Made by a program: the position numbers and the translations under genes. DNA of 64,000 nucleotides from Phoronis australis (lineage: Eukaryota > Animalia > Phoronida), in assembly GCA_002633005.1 (NCBI GenBank), contig NMRA01000006.1:1979675-2043674 (forward strand). The letters run 5' to 3'. The notes beneath the pieces are model-generated. The model had not been told where the DNA came from. It made no database searches and saw only the letters and a list, made by a program, of their open reading frames with translations. Positions 54,801-64,000 of the stretch are shown piece after piece (the first letter of the stretch is position 1; every line of letters starts with the position of its first letter).

Positions 54801-54813
54801 GCTGCAAGTGTAA
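18870..54813 (+). CDS. DNAH9: Axonemal outer-arm dynein beta heavy chain (co-ortholog class of DNAH9/DNAH11/DNAH17), 48 coding exons, ~4467 aa
   Basis: Exons traced via GT-AG sites with consistent phase: 18870-19226, 19841-20037, 20348-20637, 20994-21205, 21581-21814, 22404-22571, 23054-23170, 23529-23794, 24156-24351, 24930-25185, 26060-26304, 26824-27009, 27499-27645, 28163-28417, 28696-28865, 29626-29848, 30373-30576, 30945-31346, 32118-32229, 32992-33125, 33635-34078, 34705-34857, 35177-35410, 35667-35834, 36391-36672, 37199-37461, 37854-38085, 38482-38676, 39034-39804, 40183-40356, 40799-41104, 41573-41740, 41921-42161, 43176-43960, 44394-44555, 44873-45106, 45448-45708, 46431-46574, 46939-47913, 48156-48641, 48866-49353, 49522-49798, 50415-50642, 51096-51231, 52562-52737, 53104-53346, 53646-53834, 54196-54813. 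Total 13404 nt. Four P-loops: GPAGTGKT (~36571), GNAGTGKS (~39085), GNAGTGKT (~40886), GVGGSGKQ (~43582). Also CFDEFNR, a stalk coiled coil/microtubule-binding region (~45000-47350) and the C-terminus [13 protein letters not shown] typical of beta-type outer-arm chains. An in-frame TAA lies upstream of the ATG. Exact DNAH9 vs 11 vs 17 orthology cannot be resolved. Confidence 0.96.
32426..32861. mobile_element. Intronic MITE with TTAA TSD (Kolobok/piggyBac-type)
   Basis: TTAA-AGATGCTATGTCTCATTAAA ... TTTAATGAGACTATGTATCT-TTAA. Confidence 0.65.
34130..34289 (-). mobile_element. tRNA-derived SINE (intronic, antisense to dynein)
   Basis: The - strand reads GGTCCTCA-TGGCTGAGGGG (A-box-like) ... 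GGGTTCGAGCCCC (B-box), then a non-tRNA body; no intact cloverleaf. The 3' boundary is approximate. Confidence 0.6.
35841..36002. repeat. Minisatellite, 38-bp unit x4, starting just after a dynein splice donor
   Basis: ATCACTGGTAATACTAATGTGACAAGTCACTAAATCAA repeated. Confidence 0.9.
36889..37028. repeat. Minisatellite, 35-bp unit x4
   Basis: TACTTATGAATCACTATTGAACGGAACATCAGAAA repeated. Confidence 0.9.
38715..38760. repeat. (GAT)n/(AAT)n microsatellite
   Basis: Direct observation. Confidence 0.85.
41340..41600 (+). repeat. ~50-bp tandem repeat x5 spanning a dynein intron/exon junction
   Basis: TGTGTTTCATCGTATTCTAG|GTTGACATGTACTTC... repeated; the last copy is the real acceptor at 41572. Confidence 0.9.
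51493..52062. mobile_element. 570 bp intronic MITE with 3-bp TSD (PIF/Harbinger-like)
   Basis: TCA-GGGCTGTTCCAGTAAAATCTGTATGGGAGGGGG ... CCCCCTCCCACACAGATTTTGCTGGAACAGCCC-TCA; internal CAACCACCC sub-repeats. Confidence 0.8.
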
Positions 54814-55236
54814 TTTTGAATTTTGGATGTTCGGAGACATTTTACGTATTTTGAAATTCGTTTTGAAACTCTTCAAAGTGATAATAATAATCAGATCAAT
54901 AGTTCTAATTGCTTTGAGAAATTTGATGAAATGTTTGGAGTTACTTAGATAATTATTAATTGCTGTTGCTTTTAACAACGAATAAGAGTGGTTTGATTTA
55001 TATTCGGAAATTTTATATTTTGCACACTGCTGCACTTAAATCGTCATACATCTGTGATAAGTTTGTAATTTAAGCGTGATCTTGGTTTAGTTCTTCTGAG
55101 TTTCTGGACTGGCTTTCTAAATATGTAACTGTCGTTTTGTGTTGCTACATTTAGAGACATTCTTTGAAATTTACATTTATTTATTTATTGAAATATTTTT
55201 CGATGTTCTGACATTCCATTTGAAGTTTAAAAATAG

Positions 55237-55450
55237 AATAAATCATGGAGATTAAGAAAAACTTTTTTAGATTGAAAGAATGAAAACAAGGTGTTGTCTT
55301 TGTTGTATTTTACAGATTTTTATTAAATATTCAGTGAGGAAGTTAACTTTTGAGACGTACAGTATATTATCACAATCCATCCTATTGCTTACAAAATGGT
55401 TTTGAGAGATTTTTGTAATGTATGCTGTTGTTGTTTTTATTGTGAATAAA
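55237..55450 (+). terminator. Candidate polyadenylation signals of dynein gene
   Basis: AATAAA at 55237-55242 and 55445-55450, each followed by GT/T-rich sequence. Confidence 0.5.
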
Positions 55451-57024
55451 GTTTAGTATTGTAGCATTGCTTTTTCTGTCTTTACACCTCCAGCAGACGG
55501 CATGCAAATTATTTCTACAGTGAAAACACGATCATCTTTGCAGACAGCTAACTTTTGTTCAACGCACGTTTTAGACGCTACAAGGGACAAAACGTAGGCA
55601 TCACATTGGGATGGTCACATGTACTTAAGAGTCCAGGGGCAGGGGCCCGCTCCAAGAAAACTGACATACCGGTACTCGCTAAGACAAATCTTACGTACTT
55701 TGTGGTCAATTATGAGTTTAGTCTCATAAGTGGATTTCAAACTGTGACCTTAAGATTGACTTCAGTTTTGTCTTTTGTTGTATGAAACTAACCGGATGTG
55801 AAAGTTTCAAAGTTTGGAGGTTGAGACAAATCTTGCACTTGAATCAAAAATGAAAAGTTGGTTTCTTGGGACAGGACCCAGAACACATGAAATACAAGTA
55901 ATGTTAGTTTTGATTGTTTGTATTTCTTAATTCAGTACAGTATAGGTATTGGTAACCAGCTCCATCAGATAGTTGCATGCGCCATGCCGACAGCAAATCT
56001 AGGTTTTCGTGTGTGTGATGCGGACTCAAAGTTACCAAGTACAATTGCATAATGCAGACTGTCGAGAAACCACCCCACCTCCCCATTCCACACTGTTTTC
56101 TCTAAGTGCTCAGGACTGCACTACTTCGACCATCATGTGAAGCCCTGTGGACCCATTTTGTGCAACAACACAATCCCAACGCACAATGCAGCTGTTAAAA
56201 AACCTCATTAACTTCATGGTAGATCAGCCACTCTGTGTGCAACAACTTCTCCAGTGGACAATCTTTGAAATTTCTTGAAGCCTAGACCACAACATCAGGG
56301 ACTTCAAGTACACCCACACCGGTCAGATGTGCAACAAAAACACAGGATTATCGTACACGGTGTTGAATACGACAGACTTCGTTTTCCTCAAATTGGCAGC
56401 CTTTGTACATTCATTAATTTTTCATACATTCTGTGATGTGCAAATCTAAAGACAGTCAAATTGTGTACCCATAATGACGAACTCACATGCAATCGATTGG
56501 TCAACAAAAATCCATCAACTTGGGCAGACTTGAAAACAAATATCAAAAGAAAAAATACTAAGTACCAGACGATTCACAGTTTCACTGCCATGCACGCCTT
56601 TTGGTGTGTTATTCGGTAACTGCCACATGTACCGTTCATTAAGTTGGGTACTCCCGTCCTAAATTTCATGGGGGATAAATAAAATTTTTAAATTATTAAA
56701 ATTAAAACAACATAAGCAGACCGCAGGAAGACAGTTTTACCAAATCCCGCATGAATGTTTTTAAAGGATTTTTGTTGAATGCAGTGGCCTTTAAACAGCC
56801 CATCACCGAGGTTATAATTAACTCAAATTCAAAATGATTGAGATTCTGATACAAGATCTGAATTAAATACAACAGACGTGGGACGAGGTATGGAGTTGGA
56901 CCAGCATTTATTGTTGATACTGCTTTTTCACATCTTGAAATCTTGAATACTCTACATGGGGTATACCTGTCGCAATGCACCATATTCAGTTAACATATCC
57001 CGCAAAAATCTTGAAACAGAGCCT

Positions 57025-57483
57025 GTGACTTGACATGCTTCTTTATTTGAGTGTTGAAAAAACAAAGTTAAGACTGAGAGATGATTCACTTTTTAATATT
57101 AATCACATACTGACTACGTACAATTCCACAATTTTGTGACAAACAACTACTGTCAGTAAAACTCTCACACTGGCCCTCCCTTATGAGTTTCTATGTAGAT
57201 AACTGAACACATAGGTATGATACAGTCCAAACTGTTCGTAGACCATCCCACACACTGTAATGAGGTGATGTGGACTTCTTGTTCTGTACAAATATTTCCA
57301 CACCAAACCTGCAATGCAAGAACAAGTATTCACATAAAAGGCAGTTTAAAAAAAGATTCATGTTATGACGGATCATTCACGTGTTGTCACCATTGGACGG
57401 GAAGGGGGAAAGATGACAGTTGATGACAATGCAAGCGGCAGTTCGACTTCACATGACGTAATCTGTGACGACGAACTCAGTAC
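57025..57483 (-). other. NDUFAB1: Predicted NDUFAB1 non-coding 3' UTR exon
   Basis: GTAAGT donor 6 nt after the stop (GT at 58182-58181); pyrimidine-rich acceptor ending CTCTTGTCCAG at 57484; AATAAA on - strand at 57047-57042. The 3' end is approximate. Confidence 0.6.
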
Positions 57484-58188
57484 CTGGACAAGAGGGGGGA
57501 GGGTAAAAAGTGGCAAATTTTAAACGATGTAATATGTGAATGGTCCCTGAGCCAGTCAAGTTTTGACCGAGGAGAGTGGGTGAATGACTTTTTGAAAAAA
57601 ATGAACGTCAAATTACTGAAACACAACACAGCTTGAATATAAGTGTTTCTGTCAGATTATATGTCCATTAAGATATTTCATCACTGACATAAAAGCTCAA
57701 GGTAAACCTCAGTATCATCCCAAAAAACAGGAATCCCTTAGGCAACCCACTAAGTAATGAATAACCTGAGTGAGAGCCTCGTAAACGGTGTCACATTCAA
57801 TGCATGCTATTGGCTTACCCTGTCTATTTCCACCCGTCTAAAGCCAGTTTTATGAATATGTTAAGAAGGGCTCACACTTCGTGAGAAGTTCACCATGACA
57901 GAGCCGTGATCAAGTATTTTTGTAACCTTATGACCAAATGAGCTCAAAATACAACTTATTGTGACACCGTCAATGTTGCCAAAATAATCCAATGCATATC
58001 ATCGACCTGTGTCCAGTCAGTGCCACACTTTCGGGAAACACACAAAGAAAGTTGCTTCCATTAAGTATTCACTGACAGTTTATACAAGAATCTTAAAACA
58101 AACAAAACAAAAAAGCTTCAGCATCACAACCCAACCAACTTTCACATCCATTTGATGAAACAATACTACGAACAGGACTTACTAAGCA

Positions 58189-63349
<5,161 letters not shown>

Positions 63350-63709
63350 CTGGCAACATAAATAAAAAAATACACCGTACAGTCAAGTGACCTAATTATC
63401 GGACGTTTTGGCACATTTTGCATTATATTTAATTGAAAATACTACGGATTATTGTAAATTCTTTCATGTCGTGAACACATCCACTAAAACAAGAAACTGT
63501 AGGAACACCGCATTTATCCACCTTCACTCTTATCAGGCTTCTATTGTGAGTCAGCATGCGTGAATAATTGGCTGATAAGCCACCTCTGGAACTACTTTGG
63601 GCTGAATGGATGGCCAGGCCATAAAATGATAATTAGCCAAGACCAGTTACTATAATGCAACAAAGAACAAGTAATGTCTTGCATCACCTAGCCTTGGTGG
63701 AAAGCTGTA

Positions 63710-64000
63710 TACTGTATTGGCTCAAACAAACGCTTAGAAAAATTCATTTCACGGGGAGGGGACGCTTATTGTAGTGAGCCTACGGCAGTTGAAACCCGGT
63801 TTCCCAAACGGGTAAAATCGGAAGCTAGGATTCATCAAATTTACGCTCTGTGACGTATTTGTAGCCTATGACAGCCTTTCTACAAAATTGTGGTGCATTG
63901 CTATCAACTTCCGTTGTTAAATTACGATAATTTTTCAAAAAATTGTGCTCATCACAGGGCGAAAACTTGCCGACTGATGCGTCGCTGAATCGCGATCGTC
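63710..64000. mobile_element. Second copy (one end) of the 9086-10182 element, in the presumed NDUFAB1 intron 1
   Basis: TACTGTATT...GCTTAGAAAAA...GGAAGCTAGGATTCATCAAATTTA...TGGTGCATTGCTATCAA...GGCGAAAACTTGCC is the reverse complement of ~9890-10182. Confidence 0.8.

Overview
Eukaryotic genomic DNA: AT-rich, GT-AG introns, many non-autonomous DNA transposons. It is most consistent with an invertebrate animal (inference; the species cannot be determined). 1-18.2 kb is a repeat-rich region with several MITEs, a ~3.5 kb foldback element with ~1.5 kb inverted arms, an element carrying a decayed HIRAN-like fragment, and an assembly gap (15692-16640). 18870-54813 (+) is a complete axonemal outer-arm dynein beta heavy chain gene (DNAH9/11/17 class). 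I traced 48 coding exons by hand; they sum to 13404 nt (4467 aa plus stop). Converging on it from the right, on the - strand and absent from the ORF track, is the mitochondrial acyl carrier protein gene NDUFAB1/mtACP, whose first exon appears to lie beyond the window. The most interesting signal is in this gene: two tandem, homologous, phase-0 versions of exon 2 separated by only 23 nt. This looks like a sterically enforced mutually exclusive exon pair giving two mtACP isoforms with different N-terminal helices. Several dynein introns also carry tandem duplications of their own splice junctions, creating decoy acceptors and donors.
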